Origin: Octopus bimaculoides
Taxonomy: Eukaryota
DNA: 64,000 nt
Assembly: GCF_001194135.2 (NCBI RefSeq)
Contig: NC_068983.1
Coordinates: 150,842,569 to 150,906,568, forward strand
Reading direction: 5' to 3'
Both the position numbers and the translations under genes were made by a program. Below are positions 11,270 to 24,039 of this stretch, in pieces; within the stretch, counting starts at the first letter, position 1, and each line of letters starts with the position of its first letter. The notes under the pieces were generated by a model. That model was given only the letters and a program-made list of their open reading frames with translations, searched no databases and was not told the origin of the DNA.

Positions 11270-11900
11270 ATTGCTTCGAGTTCTGCTGTTAATTTTAAAT
11301 TCTTTGTTTTCTGATTTGGAGCATAGACAAATAAGTCTTGCAAACTACCAACTCTGGAGCAACCCAACATAAAGTTAACCATGAGAAAAGCAAGCCTCAA
11401 TTAAGTGCAAGCCAGTAGATTTCAAAGTCTGATCTTGAGCTTTATTAATAGACTTTGCGAAGCAAAGTCGCACTGGGAATAATTTTCGTTTGCTCTTAAA
11501 TGGCATGTCTGTTGGTTTGATTGGAATTCTTGGAATGAAAACCTCTTCTCCAGAGGTACATCTAATGATGATGGTAGATTCTATCACATTAGGCGATAAT
11601 GTCTTCACGATCAACCTTGTCCCATTGCATAATTTAGGAGGATCTAAATTTCTTAGAAGCATTATTAGGACTCCTACCTTCAGAAAAAGTTTATGTAGAA
11701 GAGTTCCAGGCAGCTCAAGAGAATTAAGGAACTCTGATGTGTAACGGACTGCTTGATTTTCATCAAGGACTGAACCAACTGATTTGTACTCCTCAATGAC
11801 TTCTGGGATCTTATTCATTAATTCATGGTTAATCCTGCTACTGTCTCATTTCCTGGAACAAGAATTACTCTTTCACACAACCATTTATGTGAATTAGAGG
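11270..11900 (-). mobile_element. Helitron RepHel Pif1-type helicase C-terminal fragment
   Basis: LCERVILVP...EFLNSLELPG..LHKLFLKVG..IMLLRNLDPPKLCNGTRL...FIPRIP...FPVRLCFAKSINKAQDQTL...CFSHG/QLYVGCSRV. No 3' hairpin-CTAG terminus was found. Confidence 0.9.
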
Positions 11901-11979
11901 GATTAAATGGAAAAATGAGTTACGTGAATATCTTCACAAGAGTGATTGAAATAAATGGCGATTGTGGAACGCCGCACCC

Positions 11980-12208
11980 ACGCACACACAGACACAGACA
12001 CACAGACACACAGACACATACACACACATACACACACACTCTCATTCTGTCTGTCTGTCTCACACACACACACTCACAGAGTATCAAACATCAGTGTGTG
12101 TGTGTGTGAGAGAGAGGGAGAGAGAGAGAGAGAGCGAGTGAAGGGGTGTGTTGTCACGTATGCGTGCATATATAAATATGCATACATCTTTTTTGTATGT
12201 GTGTGAGC

Positions 12209-12273
<65 letters not shown>

Positions 12274-12497
12274 AGTGCCATTTAGACATCACTCTCTCTC
12301 TGACTAACACACACACGTGCGCACACACATACATACAAAAAGATGTATGTATATGTATTTCTGTATGTACGTATACATGAAAACACCCCCCTTCACTCAC
12401 TCACACAGACACACACACACAAAAACACACATGCACATACATAAATGCATACAAACATACATAGAAAGACACACGTGTGCGCGTGTGACTGACTACA
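11980..12497. repeat. Compound (CA)/(TG)/(GA) microsatellite block next to a gap
   Basis: Seen directly in the sequence. Confidence 0.9.
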
Positions 12498-14249
12498 NNN
12501 NNNNNNNNNNNNNNNNNNNNNNNNNNNNNNNNNNNNNNNNNNNNNNNNNNNNNNNNNNNNNNNNNNNNNNNNNNNNNNNNNNNNNNNNNNNNNNNNNNNN
12601 NNNNNNNNNNNNNNNNNNNNNNNNNNNNNNNNNNNNNNNNNNNNNNNNNNNNNNNNNNNNNNNNNNNNNNNNNNNNNNNNNNNNNNNNNNNNNNNNNNNN
12701 NNNNNNNNNNNNNNNNNNNNNNNNNNNNNNNNNNNNNNNNNNNNNNNNNNNNNNNNNNNNNNNNNNNNNNNNNNNNNNNNNNNNNNNNNNNNNNNNNNNN
12801 NNNNNNNNNNNNNNNNNNNNNNNNNNNNNNNNNNNNNNNNNNNNNNNNNNNNNNNNNNNNNNNNNNNNNNNNNNNNNNNNNNNNNNNNNNNNNNNNNNNN
12901 NNNNNNNNNNNNNNNNNNNNNNNNNNNNNNNNNNNNNNNNNNNNNNNNNNNNNNNNNNNNNNNNNNNNNNNNNNNNNNNNNNNNNNNNNNNNNNNNNNNN
13001 NNNNNNNNNNNNNNNNNNNNNNNNNNNNNNNNNNNNNNNNNNNNNNNNNNNNNNNNNNNNNNNNNNNNNNNNNNNNNNNNNNNNNNNNNNNNNNNNNNNN
13101 NNNNNNNNNNNNNNNNNNNNNNNNNNNNNNNNNNNNNNNNNNNNNNNNNNNNNNNNNNNNNNNNNNNNNNNNNNNNNNNNNNNNNNNNNNNNNNNNNNNN
13201 NNNNNNNNNNNNNNNNNNNNNNNNNNNNNNNNNNNNNNNNNNNNNNNNNNNNNNNNNNNNNNNNNNNNNNNNNNNNNNNNNNNNNNNNNNNNNNNNNNNN
13301 NNNNNNNNNNNNNNNNNNNNNNNNNNNNNNNNNNNNNNNNNNNNNNNNNNNNNNNNNNNNNNNNNNNNNNNNNNNNNNNNNNNNNNNNNNNNNNNNNNNN
13401 NNNNNNNNNNNNATATATATATATATATATACACATACATACATATATATACACACACATGTATGATATTGGTGAAGAATTCACCAATAAAGAAATTAAT
13501 GGCAGCGTAAAGTTGTAAAACAGAAAGGGTAACGTTTCGCCATAAATACATTAATATATTCTGCTGACAGCAATGTACTATTTGAAGGGATAACACACGG
13601 CTTTATATCTGATTTATCACACTCAACTTGAATTAAACTGTTACGAAAAATCTCGCGTGACTCTTCCAAAAATAAATATTGCCCAAAGCTAATATTTATT
13701 AACTAAGTGAATGTGAAGCATTCACAACTTGTATTCACCCGTTTACTTGCTTTATTTGTCTGTCTATTTATTTGTTATGATAACCATTTCGATATTTGTT
13801 GAAGTTGGAATCAAATTTTTGACAGTGTCAAGCACTAAATTTTATTCAAAACTGATCTATACGCTTTGAATAGAAATAAAAATTGATCTCTCCTTTCAGC
13901 AAAAGATTTTATTTTTCTGTACTGATAAAAGGAGTCAGTAGTTTAGAGCTTCGTTTAAACAAGTAAACAAAAATATCGAGCGATTATCAGAAAGATCGTA
14001 TTCGGTTACAATAGGCAAGATGTTAGAATGCTTAGCTCTTAAAAGCCGAGTTCACATAGCGGCAATGTACCATAGATTAGTGTGTTTCTCTATTGGAAAT
14101 AGCACTGTGAATGGGCAAATATTATGCTTGCCTTGTAATACTGTGATCAGTTTCTCTCGCAAGGAGTATTACTACTTAAAATTGCAGAGTACAGAGTCGA
14201 ATTTCGTCATTCGGTAATGATTAACTACATTGAAGGGGATTAAACATTT

Positions 14250-14935
14250 GTGTATCCTTTCCATCCTTTCCATTCAATAACAATTCTACACTTCTTGGAG
14301 TACTGCACTTTGTTTGGTCAATAGTTTCTTGGAGTTCCAACTTAATCTCGAATTTATTTTTAATCACGGAACTGCAGAGTTTCTAACAAGGATTGTTTCG
14401 AGTGAGGAGGCTACATTTAAGTAAAATTGCTTAAGCGCCACAACTACACATTTTACAGAGTAACGTCATGTTACTTTACCAGAAGTTACAGTAGAGTGCA
14501 GTTTATCGTCAAAAGTATTAATTGGACCATTGTTTTTTGACAGCACTATGACGAGTCACATTTATTCGAACTTGCTGCAATAATCTGTCAATCCAAGCAT
14601 TCAAGAGAACTTCAAATATGTGCGTTTTATTTCTAGCAAAATGGAACACCCCGACAATGTCAAAATTGTAAGGGCTTACTTTAATGAGATTTTACCAAAC
14701 AGAGGGATGAAGGATTTCAGTGAAATATCCTTTGCTTTCAGCAGACCTCACACCACTAGACATTTTAATGAGGTGCTTATAAGATAACTTCTCACTCGAT
14801 TCAATTTTCGTATATGAAATAGTAATATAAAATACTCATGGACAAGCAATTGAACCAAAGACGGAAGCATATTGGATCATAAGACTGTTCAGTTGGGACT
14901 CATCTGGAGATAAGCAACAAAAGTACCGTAGATGT
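14250..14935 (+). mobile_element. Highly decayed IS630-Tc1-mariner transposase (rosa/DD41D-like)
   Basis: RIVSSEEATFK (cf. WSDEAxF), [23 protein letters not shown] (cf. QDGAP), VRAYFNE and SADLTPLD (cf. SPDLTPLD), spread over several frames. Confidence 0.7.
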
Positions 14936-14973
14936 TCAATAAAAATCATACCTCTTTATAAGGATATATATAT

Positions 14974-15010
<37 letters not shown>

Positions 15011-16550
15011 NNNNNNNNNNNNNNNNNNNNNNNNNNNNNNNNNNNNNNNNNNNNNNNNNNNNNNNNNNNNNNNNNNNNNNNNNNNNNNNNNNNNNNNNNN
15101 NNNNNNNNNNNNNNNNNNNNNNNNNNNNNNNNNNNNNNNNNNNNNNNNNNNNNNNNNNNNNNNNNNNNNNNNNNNNNNNNNNNNNNNNNNNNNNNNNNNN
15201 NNNNNNNNNNNNNNNNNNNNNNNNNNNNNNNNNNNNNNNNNNNNNNNNNNNNNNNNNNNNNNNNNNNNNNNNNNNNNNNNNNNNNNNNNNNNNNNNNNNN
15301 NNNNNNNNNNNNNNNNNNNNNNNNNNNNNNNNNNNNNNNNNNNNNNNNNNNNNNNNNNNNNNNNNNNNNNNNNNNNNNNNNNNNNNNNNNNNNNNNNNNN
15401 NNNNNNNNNNNNNNNNNNNNNNNNNNNNNNNNNNNNNNNNNNNNNNNNNNNNNNNNNNNNNNNNNNNNNNNNNNNNNNNNNNNNNNNNNNNNNNNNNNNN
15501 NNNNNNNNNNNNNNNNNNNNNNNNNNNNNNNNNNNNNNNNNNNNNNNNNNNNNNNNNNNNNNNNNNNNNNNNNNNNNNNNNNNNNNNNNNNNNNNNNNNN
15601 NNNNNNNNNNNNNNNNNNNNNNNNNNNNNNNNNNNNNNNNNNNNNNNNNNNNNNNNNNNNNNNNNNNNNNNNNNNNNNNNNNNNNNNNNNNNNNNNNNNN
15701 NNNNNNNNNNNNNNNNNNNNNNNNNNNNNNNNNNNNNNNNNNNNNNNNNNNNNNNNNNNNNNNNNNNNNNNNNNNNNNNNNNNNNNNNNNNNNNNNNNNN
15801 NNNNNNNNNNNNNNNNNNNNNNNNNNNNNNNNNNNNNNNNNNNNNNNNNNNNNNNNNNNNNNNNNNNNNNNNNNNNNNNNNNNNNNNNNNNNNNNNNNNN
15901 NNNNNNNNNNNNNNNNNNNNNNNNNNNNNNNNNATTATTTCTCTTCCTGCTTGCTTCACATATGGTGAGACATGCTTACAAATTTTAACATAATTAACAT
16001 CTGGAACCTGTGAGACTGACCAATTAAAAATGGTTTTTCTTTCTCTTACAACAAACCGAAAAAATAATAGAAACCAAAAAGAATATTTGTAAACTTTTCT
16101 TTTAGAAAAAAATATAAAGTTTGGGAGTTTTTGGAGTGTAGAAGTGTTATTAACGACAAATGTGAAATGATATGATCTTAGCTGGGAATTGAAACCATGT
16201 CATGGATTCTCTTTGATCCGATCTTATCGTCAAAGTTTAGTAGCTTTCATCATATGAATAAATAATTAAAAATGCGAGTCAATAGGTGACCCTCTACGTG
16301 GTAACGTGCCTTGTTATAAATAACAGCCAAATGTCCTCAGAATGTGTTGTAATCGTGGTGGTGACATTATGTCTTAAAATGCAGGTGTGCAACGCTTAGA
16401 ACATCTTTGTAGCTCTCTTCTTGCAAGGACGGCTCCGTAATACGAAATTGAGGACCAACCAAAGCTAATATGGGACAGAAATTCTTGATGTGGCGTAGTG
16501 AAAGACATCTCTCTTGCACTCGTATATATGTATATACATGGATACATACA

Positions 16551-16584
<34 letters not shown>

Positions 16585-16690
16585 CATACATAATGTGCAT
16601 GAATGTATGTGTGTGTGTGTTAGAGAGAGAAACAGAGAGAGAGAGAGAGAGTGATATCTAAGTGGCACTCACATACTCTCTCTCTCTCTC

Positions 16691-16790
16691 ACACACTCTC
16701 TCTCTTTCTCACACACTCTCTCTCTTTCTCACACACTCTCTCTCTTTCTCACACACTCTCTCTCTTTCTCACACTCTCTCTCTTTCTCAC
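16691..16790 (+). repeat. About 5 x 20-bp minisatellite (acacactctctctctttctc)
   Basis: Exact 20-bp periodicity over 16691-16770, plus a partial unit. Confidence 0.85.
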
Positions 16791-16804
16791 ACACATACAA
16801 AAAA

Positions 16805-17790
16805 CATGTTTGGCTTGCAAGGGGGATACACAAAGTATTCATATTTCCTTTGCTTATGGGACAGCAGAGCTGATGATGATCATTACAAGAGAGTACATTG
16901 GCCCCCATGAGTGGAACTGCAGCCAGGAACGTTAAATGTTCTCAAATAGCCTCCAGTAGATTCCAACAAAATCTTATTACCCCCACTTCACATCAAACTC
17001 GGATTGGTAAAACAGTTTGTGATGGCCTTAAATTTTAGAGGAGAAGCTTTTCAAGAAGTTTGTCTTATCTGAGGCTAAGATCAAGGGTGCAAGGGTGGAA
17101 TATTTGTCGGGCCCCAAGTAAATGCAATGTTAAAGTGAAGAAACTGGAAAAAGCGATGACAAAAGTTGAAAAAGAAGCTTGATGTGCATTTCGTGATGTA
17201 GTTCGTGGATTCTTAGGAAATCACAAGAATCTTAATTAAAAACAACTGGTAGCAAAGCTTATTGAAATTTTCAAGAAAATGGGTTGTCGTATGTCCTTAA
17301 AGGTTCATTTTTTGCACTCTCACCTAGATTTTTTTCCCCGAAAACTTGGGTGATGCCAGTGAGAAGCATGGTGAGAGATTTCATCAGGACATCGCAACTA
17401 TGGAAAGAAGATACCAAGGACGATGGGATACTGCTATGATGGGAGATTATATATGGTCTCTAATCAGAAGAGATGAAGGTATACACTCCAGAAAATCTCG
17501 ATCGTCGAAGCACTTGTCATCTTAAGAAAAGAGTTATCAAGGCATTTACAGTGCAGAGTTTTATTATTTCTTTTTGTTCTAACTAATATTATATTTCCTA
17601 AATACCTTTCAATATATGAAAAAGTAGTAAATGTTGTGTAATTATCCTTACAATACGAGAATAGATTGAACCAACAAAGTGCTGTAGAGAAAAGTTACAA
17701 ATACAACGAGCAAATATAAAATTAGGAATAAATAAATAAGTATCGATGTTACGTCAAAACGAATGTGATTTTTGAATTTAGTGGCAAAAA
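16805..17790 (+). mobile_element. Chapaev-type (Chapaev3-like) DNA transposon 3' part, pseudogenised
   Basis: GLQGGYTKYSYFLCLWDSRA, KILLPPLHIKLGLVKQFV, GIFVGPQ, GCRMSLKVHFLHSHLDFF, EKHGERFHQDIATMERRYQGRW..AMMGDYIW. The coding part runs to about 17525; the 3' boundary is uncertain. Confidence 0.75.
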
Positions 17791-18342
17791 TGTATATATG
17801 AACATTAAAAATACAAATATACAAATGAACAAAACATATGTTACGTTGTGTTATCTGTCCAGCTCCATGTGTTTTTACATGCATACTATAGAAGGAAGAT
17901 ATATTCTCCGTAACAATTACTATTACTGCGAAAGTATTTCAATGCTTGAGTAGACAATTGTTACTTAAATAAAAACGTAGATGGCTTCATTTTAATCGCC
18001 ATAGCTTAATTTGCGTAAATAAACTAATTCCAGCTTGACAAAGCTCAGCGTAAACCTGCAAACGTGTTTCGCTGTTTATATATAGGACCGACACAGTTGC
18101 TACAGGATTGTAAAATACTATTAACCGAAGAAGCGTAATCACGCAGAGACACGTGTATTACAGTCCAATTACATCAGTCTAAGCCCAGCATGCTATTTTA
18201 CCCACTTTGTATATAAAGAGAATATCTTCCCCAAGACAATTATTCCAATAATGAAAAGCTTACCACGATTGAGTGTAAAGATACGTGTTAAATATAAATA
18301 TACTCACATATATTTCAACCTTCGCTCTTAGTGGGCTTAAAG

Positions 18343-18381
<39 letters not shown>

Positions 18382-18896
18382 NNNNNNNNNNTGTGTGTGT
18401 GTGTGTGTGCGTGTGTGTGTGTGCATGTATGTATGCTTATGCGTGTTTATCTATTGTATGTCTGCTGAAACAAATAGATTTACTTATGTTAAAAAAAAAA
18501 AAAAGATGAACAAAGGAAAAAAAAACAAGTAACAAAAATTCCAAATAAAAGAACTGAAAATAATTAAAACCCCAGGAGCGCCATCACCACAACGACCACT
18601 ACCAACAGCAACAACAACAATTGCAACAACAGAAATAAAACGAAATATTCGCAACAAAAAAATAGCAAAGAGAAGGAGGAAAACTAAGACAAACATAAAA
18701 TTAAGCTCTATAGACATGCTTTCCTTATATAAAAATTGAAGAACGAAATAAATTCTGAAACAGAATCTGGAAGTAGTGTTCTCGTCTTTGTAGGCATATA
18801 TTAATTGTTTCTTGTGTGAAATTGAGCCGAGTTGTGTTAAAGCTATCAATCAGTTACCAGATGGCGACCGGGCATATACATACATACATGCATACA

Positions 18897-18928
<32 letters not shown>

Positions 18929-19255
18929 CTTATATATCTATATACATATATATNNNNNNNNNNNNNNNNNNNNNNNNNNNNNNNNNNNNNNNNNNNNNNN
19001 NNNNNNNNNNNNNNNNNNNNNNNNNNNNNNNNNNNNNNNNNNNNNNNNNNNNNNNNNNNNNNNNNNNNNNNNNNNNNNNNNNNNNNNNNNNNNNNNNNNN
19101 NNNNNNNNNNNNNNNNNNNNNNNNNNNNNNNNNNNNNNNNNNNNNNNNNNNNNNNNNNNNNNNNNNNNNNNNNNNNNNNNNNNNNNNNNNNNNNNNNNNN
19201 NNNNNNNNNNNNNNNNNNNNNNNNNNNNNNNNNNNNNNNNNNNNNNNNNNNNNNN

Positions 19256-19307
<52 letters not shown>

Positions 19308-19796
19308 AGATACAGTTATGTATGTTTGTGTTTATATATATATATAAATTCATATTCATATGTACATATACATACATGTACACACACACACACATACAAA
19401 CACACACACACAAACATATATATATCCATACACATACATACACACACACACAAATACATAGTTTGACTTCGGTAACAATGGATTGAACCAGACTATCCAT
19501 TTTACATGTAACAACATATCATTCACACTTGGCAGATTTGACTTCTGCTGATGGTTTTCTGATTTGCCTCCTCATTTGTTTTATTATTTGCTTCCATTAT
19601 CTTTACTTTTCATTTCGTGTTGATTTTGGTTTTTCTTCAACCTTTTATATTTTGTTCGTGCCCATTCTGACCCCCCGAGTCAACCGCAGAGAATGAATCA
19701 CAATGTATCTATGTGTGCGTGCGTGCGCGCGCTCGTTTGTGTGTGAACATATTGGTATCATGCGTATGTAACTATATAGGTATGCATGTATACATG

Positions 19797-19998
19797 CATA
19801 TTCTTGTACTTGCTTCAGTCATTTGGCTGCGGCCATGCTGGAGTACCACCTTTAGTCGAACAAATCGACCCCAGGACTTATTCTTTGTAAGCCTAGTACT
19901 TATTCTATCGGTCCCTTTTTCTGAACCGCTAGGTTACAGAGACGTAAATACACCAGCATCGGTTGTCAAGTAATGTTGGGGGGACAAACACAGACACA

Positions 19999-20091
<93 letters not shown>

Positions 20092-20302
20092 ACACACACA
20101 CACACATACATACATATACATACATATACATATATACGACGGGCTTCCTTCAGTTTCCGTCTACCAAATCCACTCATAAGGCTTTGGTCGACCCGAGGCT
20201 ATAGAAGAAGACACTTGCCCAAGGTGCCACGCAGTGGGACTGAACCCGGAACTATGTGGTTGGTAAGCAAGCTACTTACCACACAGCCACTCCTGCGCCT
20301 AT
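19797..20302 (-). mobile_element. SINE family A, full length, with an expanded internal (CA)n tract
   Basis: Head ggcgcaggagtggctgtgtggtaag, CORE-like ccttgggcaagtgtc, internal microsatellite at about 19990-20135, tail ...ccagcatggccgcag...tgaagcaag. It may correspond to one of the published octopus tRNA-derived SINEs (unverified). Confidence 0.92.
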
Positions 20303-20829
20303 ATGTATATATATATATATGTATGTTTATGTGTTGTTCTTGATGATGTTGTTTAGCCCAAGATCAAGCGTGATTTAGGAGACTTTTGATCTGATTTTAT
20401 TCCATTTCCTAGTCAATCGTTAGGAAAGTAACACACCGGATTTGTGTACGTGTATGTGTGTGTGTGTGTCCATCCGTATGTGCACGTGTTCGAGACTGAG
20501 AGTATGTCGGCGTACTCGGTATACACGTGTGTTTGTAGTATTTTTTGATGTTGTTTAACACAAAATAAACCCTGATGTCCAAATTTAGGACTGCATTATA
20601 TAATATGCTATTGTTCATATCAAAATAGTGTGGTTTGATTTTTGAAAAATTTGCTTGCTACTTCTAACCATTTAGCTTATCAATTTCTACGTTTGTACAT
20701 TTCACATTCATTTGAACAATTTCCTTTTTACCTTTATATTCTTGTGTTTTAATTCCATAAACAGCAACAGTTTCATGTTTGCCTCGCGTTTATTGATAGC
20801 TAAATAATATTTTTAATTTTTAACATTGA

Positions 20830-20935
20830 TCCAAGGACAAATATTTTGGAGTAAGGAAGAGTCAATTATGTCAATCTCTGTATTTAACTGGTATTTTATC
20901 GAACCCGAAAAGACGAAAGGTAAAGTCGGCCATAT
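20830..20935 (-). mobile_element. SINE family B fragment
   Basis: aactggtattttatcgaacccgaaaagacgaaaggtaaagtcg. Confidence 0.65.
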
Positions 20936-21051
20936 TGATATTTAAATTAATAATGCACTTAGATTTTGTCTGATACACTTTTGATTTTGCTATTGCCATG
21001 CAGGCAATAGACATTTAAATAATTAACCAAGATAAATATGTCGAAATGTTT

Positions 21052-21420
<369 letters not shown>

Positions 21421-21426
21421 TGTGCC

Positions 21427-21503
21427 TAGTCGTCCATTCTGCTAGTCGTCCATTCTGCTAGTCGTCCATTCTGCTAGTCGTCCATTCTGCTAGTCGTCCA
21501 TTT
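21427..21503 (+). repeat. About 4.8 x 16-bp perfect tandem array (tagtcgtccattctgc)
   Basis: Four identical units plus a partial fifth, with no spacers. Confidence 0.9.
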
Positions 21504-21694
21504 TGAAAGAAGATGGAGCGCCTGACCAATGGAACGCATCCGTTCCAATAAAATTCAAGAACAGACGCTCCCATTCATGTAGACGTAAATTGGAAGAAAG
21601 CAAGGCGATCAAGTGATAAGAGATGACGGTCGTGATGGAGGCATTCGCAATGGTTTTTGCTTTCGGCAAAAGGCGAGCCTAAAGTGTAATAGTA

Positions 21695-21905
21695 TTACAT
21701 TCAAATTTTGGTCGAAGGCCAAGAATTTTAAGATGATGGTAAAAATCGATTACATCAACCCTATTAATTGACTGATTGATTCTTCTATCGGCGCCTGTAA
21801 ATAAAAGGCAAAATTGGCCTTGGCGGGAATTGAACTCAGAAGTACAGACCCGGAAGATATACAGCAAGCCATTTTCCGATTCTCTAACGATTCAGCACGC
21901 TCGCC
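21695..21905 (-). mobile_element. SINE family B, decayed
   Basis: aatcgattacatcaacc...aggcaaaattggccttggcgggaattgaactcaga...ctaacgattc...gctcgcc. Confidence 0.75.
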
Positions 21906-21911
21906 GACTTT

Positions 21912-22050
21912 GGTAGTAGTAGTAGTAGTAGTAGTAGTACAGCAACAACAGTAGTAGAAGCAGCAGCAGCAGCAGTAGTAGCAGCAGCAGAAGCAACAGT
22001 AGCAGCAACAGCAGTAGCATCATCATCATCGTCGTCAGCAGCAGTAGTAG
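21912..22050. repeat. Mixed trinucleotide repeat (TAG)n/(CAG)n/(CAT)n
   Basis: Seen directly in the sequence. Confidence 0.9.
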
Positions 22051-22059
22051 TAATAATCC

Positions 22060-22520
22060 TGATTATTATAGGCACAAGGCCTGAAACTTTTGAGGAGGGG
22101 ACTAGTCGACCAGTACTCAACTGGTACTTATTTTATCGATCCCGTAAGATGAAAAGCAAAGTCGACTCCTGCAGAATTTGAACTCAGAACGAAAAGAACA
22201 TAGTGCTAACTATTCTTTTCTACTCTAGGCACAAGACCCGAAATTTTTGGGGCGGGGGCCAGTCGATTAGATCGACCCCAGTACGCAACTGGTACTTAAT
22301 TTATCGACTCCCGAAAGGATGAAAGGTAAAGTCGACCTCGGCGGAATTTGAACTCAGAACGTAACGGGAGACGAAATACCGCTAAGCATTTTGTCCCGCG
22401 TACTAACTGGGCTTCTAATTTAGGTACAAGGCCAGCAATGTTGAGGAGAGTGGGTTATTCGATACTGTCAACACCAGTATTTGACTGGTACGTTATTCAA
22501 TCGACTCCAGAGAGATATAA
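22060..22520 (-). mobile_element. Three tandem SINE family B copies or fragments (22060-22200, 22205-22405, 22410-22520)
   Basis: Each starts with the tail motif ggcacaagg/ggtacaagg and contains actggtac...atcgac. The middle copy is well preserved. Confidence 0.85.
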
Positions 22521-23189
22521 GACCAGAGTCAAACGAGAGCAATATACGAACTGAGAAATTTCTTGCTATTATCATGTTTTTTTTTTAATATTTACCAATA
22601 TTACTTTCATTGCAGATCTCGAGGATAGTATTGGGGGTGACAAATATTATAGAACTAGTGACGGATGTGGTGATGGTGGGGACGGACATCTGTTGTGATT
22701 GGCGATTATTTTCTGTACTTCCTATGAAAAACTTGAAAACAATAACTAACGAAAGGACGATTTGTTATGATATCTATCATATTAGAAAATGAAATGAAAT
22801 CTTCCTCCCAGGTGTTCTAACTAAACCTATTCTTACTATTTTTGTTTAATAATTATATATATATATATATTCGTAAACGATAGCCTCGTTGAACATATAT
22901 AACACATAACCATACTTACATGATTAGGTAGAATTGCCAGGTGAGGAGTACTTGTTCAGATTTGTCATTCATTGCTTTGTATGGAATCTTCCTCATTTTG
23001 TTTTTAAATACAAACATCCAATTCCGTGTTGTTCTTATAACTATCATATTGCAGTTTTCTTTCCCACGTCGATTCTACAATCACTCCCTCCCGCTCTTCC
23101 TCTCACACGCACACGCACACAAACCTTACTCGCACATACAGATACACTTTCTCTCTCTCTTAATCTCACTTTTTCTCCATCTGATTAAT

Positions 23190-23402
23190 TTACTGGCTTC
23201 AAATTTTGGCACAAGGCCAGGAAGTTCAGGGGAGGCGGCTAATCGATTACATCGACCCCAGTAATGGGACTTATTTCATTACTTCCAAAAGTGATGAAAA
23301 GCAAAGTTGACCTCGGCAGCATTTGAACTCAGAACATGTAGACAGACGAAATGCCACTAAACATTTTGTCTGCCGTGTTAACGACTCCACCACTTCGCAG
23401 TC
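23190..23402 (-). mobile_element. SINE family B
   Basis: ttttggcacaaggccag...aatcgattacatcgacccc...gcaaagttgacctcggcagcatttgaactcagaac. Confidence 0.8.
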
Positions 23403-23609
23403 TTATCTCTCCGTTATTTACTAAAAAATAAAAAAACGTTTTTATTTCAGCGCTCGTTTTCAGTCTTAAAACGAACAAGACGAGACAATCAAAATATAAT
23501 TTCTCATACTAGTGCAAGATTACTTACCTCCTCTTGTCCTAGGTTATCGGTAATGACTAGGTGAGCAAGTTCACAAAATAACTGAAAGAAGAAAGAGGAC
23601 ACTAACTAC

Positions 23610-23990
23610 ATGTTGGCACTCCGTCGCTTACGACGTCGAGGGTTCCAGTTGATCCGATCAATGGAACAGCCTGCTCATGAAATTAACGTGCAAGTGGCTG
23701 AACACTCCACAGACGCGTGTACCCTTAACGTAGTTCTCGGGGATATTCAGCGTGACACAGTGTGACAAGGCTGACCCTTAGAATTACAGGTACAACAGAA
23801 ACAGGAAGTAAGAGTGAGAGAAAGTTGTGGTGGAAGAGTACAGCAGGGTTCGGCACCATCCCCCATCGGAGCCTCGTGGAGCTTTAGGTGTTTTCGCTCA
23901 ATAAACACTCACAATGCCCGGTCTGGGAATCGAAACCGCGATCCTATGACCGCGAGTCCGCTGCCCTAACCACTGGGCCATTGCGCCTCC
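23610..23990 (-). mobile_element. SINE family C (tRNA-Arg-like head), full length
   Basis: The reverse strand begins ggaggcgcaatggcccagtggttagggcagcggactcgcggtcataggatcgcggtttcgattccc (A and B boxes) and ends ...gacggagtgccaac. It resembles the octopus OR-type SINEs (from memory, unverified). Confidence 0.92.
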
Positions 23991-24039
23991 ATAATAACTA
24001 CAATATCAGTTATGTTTGGGCAACAGGACCAATAGCAAT

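Noticed and set aside
18484-18849. 121-aa hydrophobic minus-strand ORF resembling a membrane protein
   Set aside because: The hydrophobicity is the by-product of an A-rich low-complexity plus strand; no family motifs.
21427-21503. Possible CRISPR-like array
   Set aside because: The units are directly adjacent with no spacers, there are no cas genes, and the context is eukaryotic.
23915-23990. tRNA-Arg-like sequence (also at 8016, 46080 and 54610)
   Set aside because: It continues into an identical SINE body in several copies and has no proper acceptor stem; these are SINE heads, not tRNA genes.
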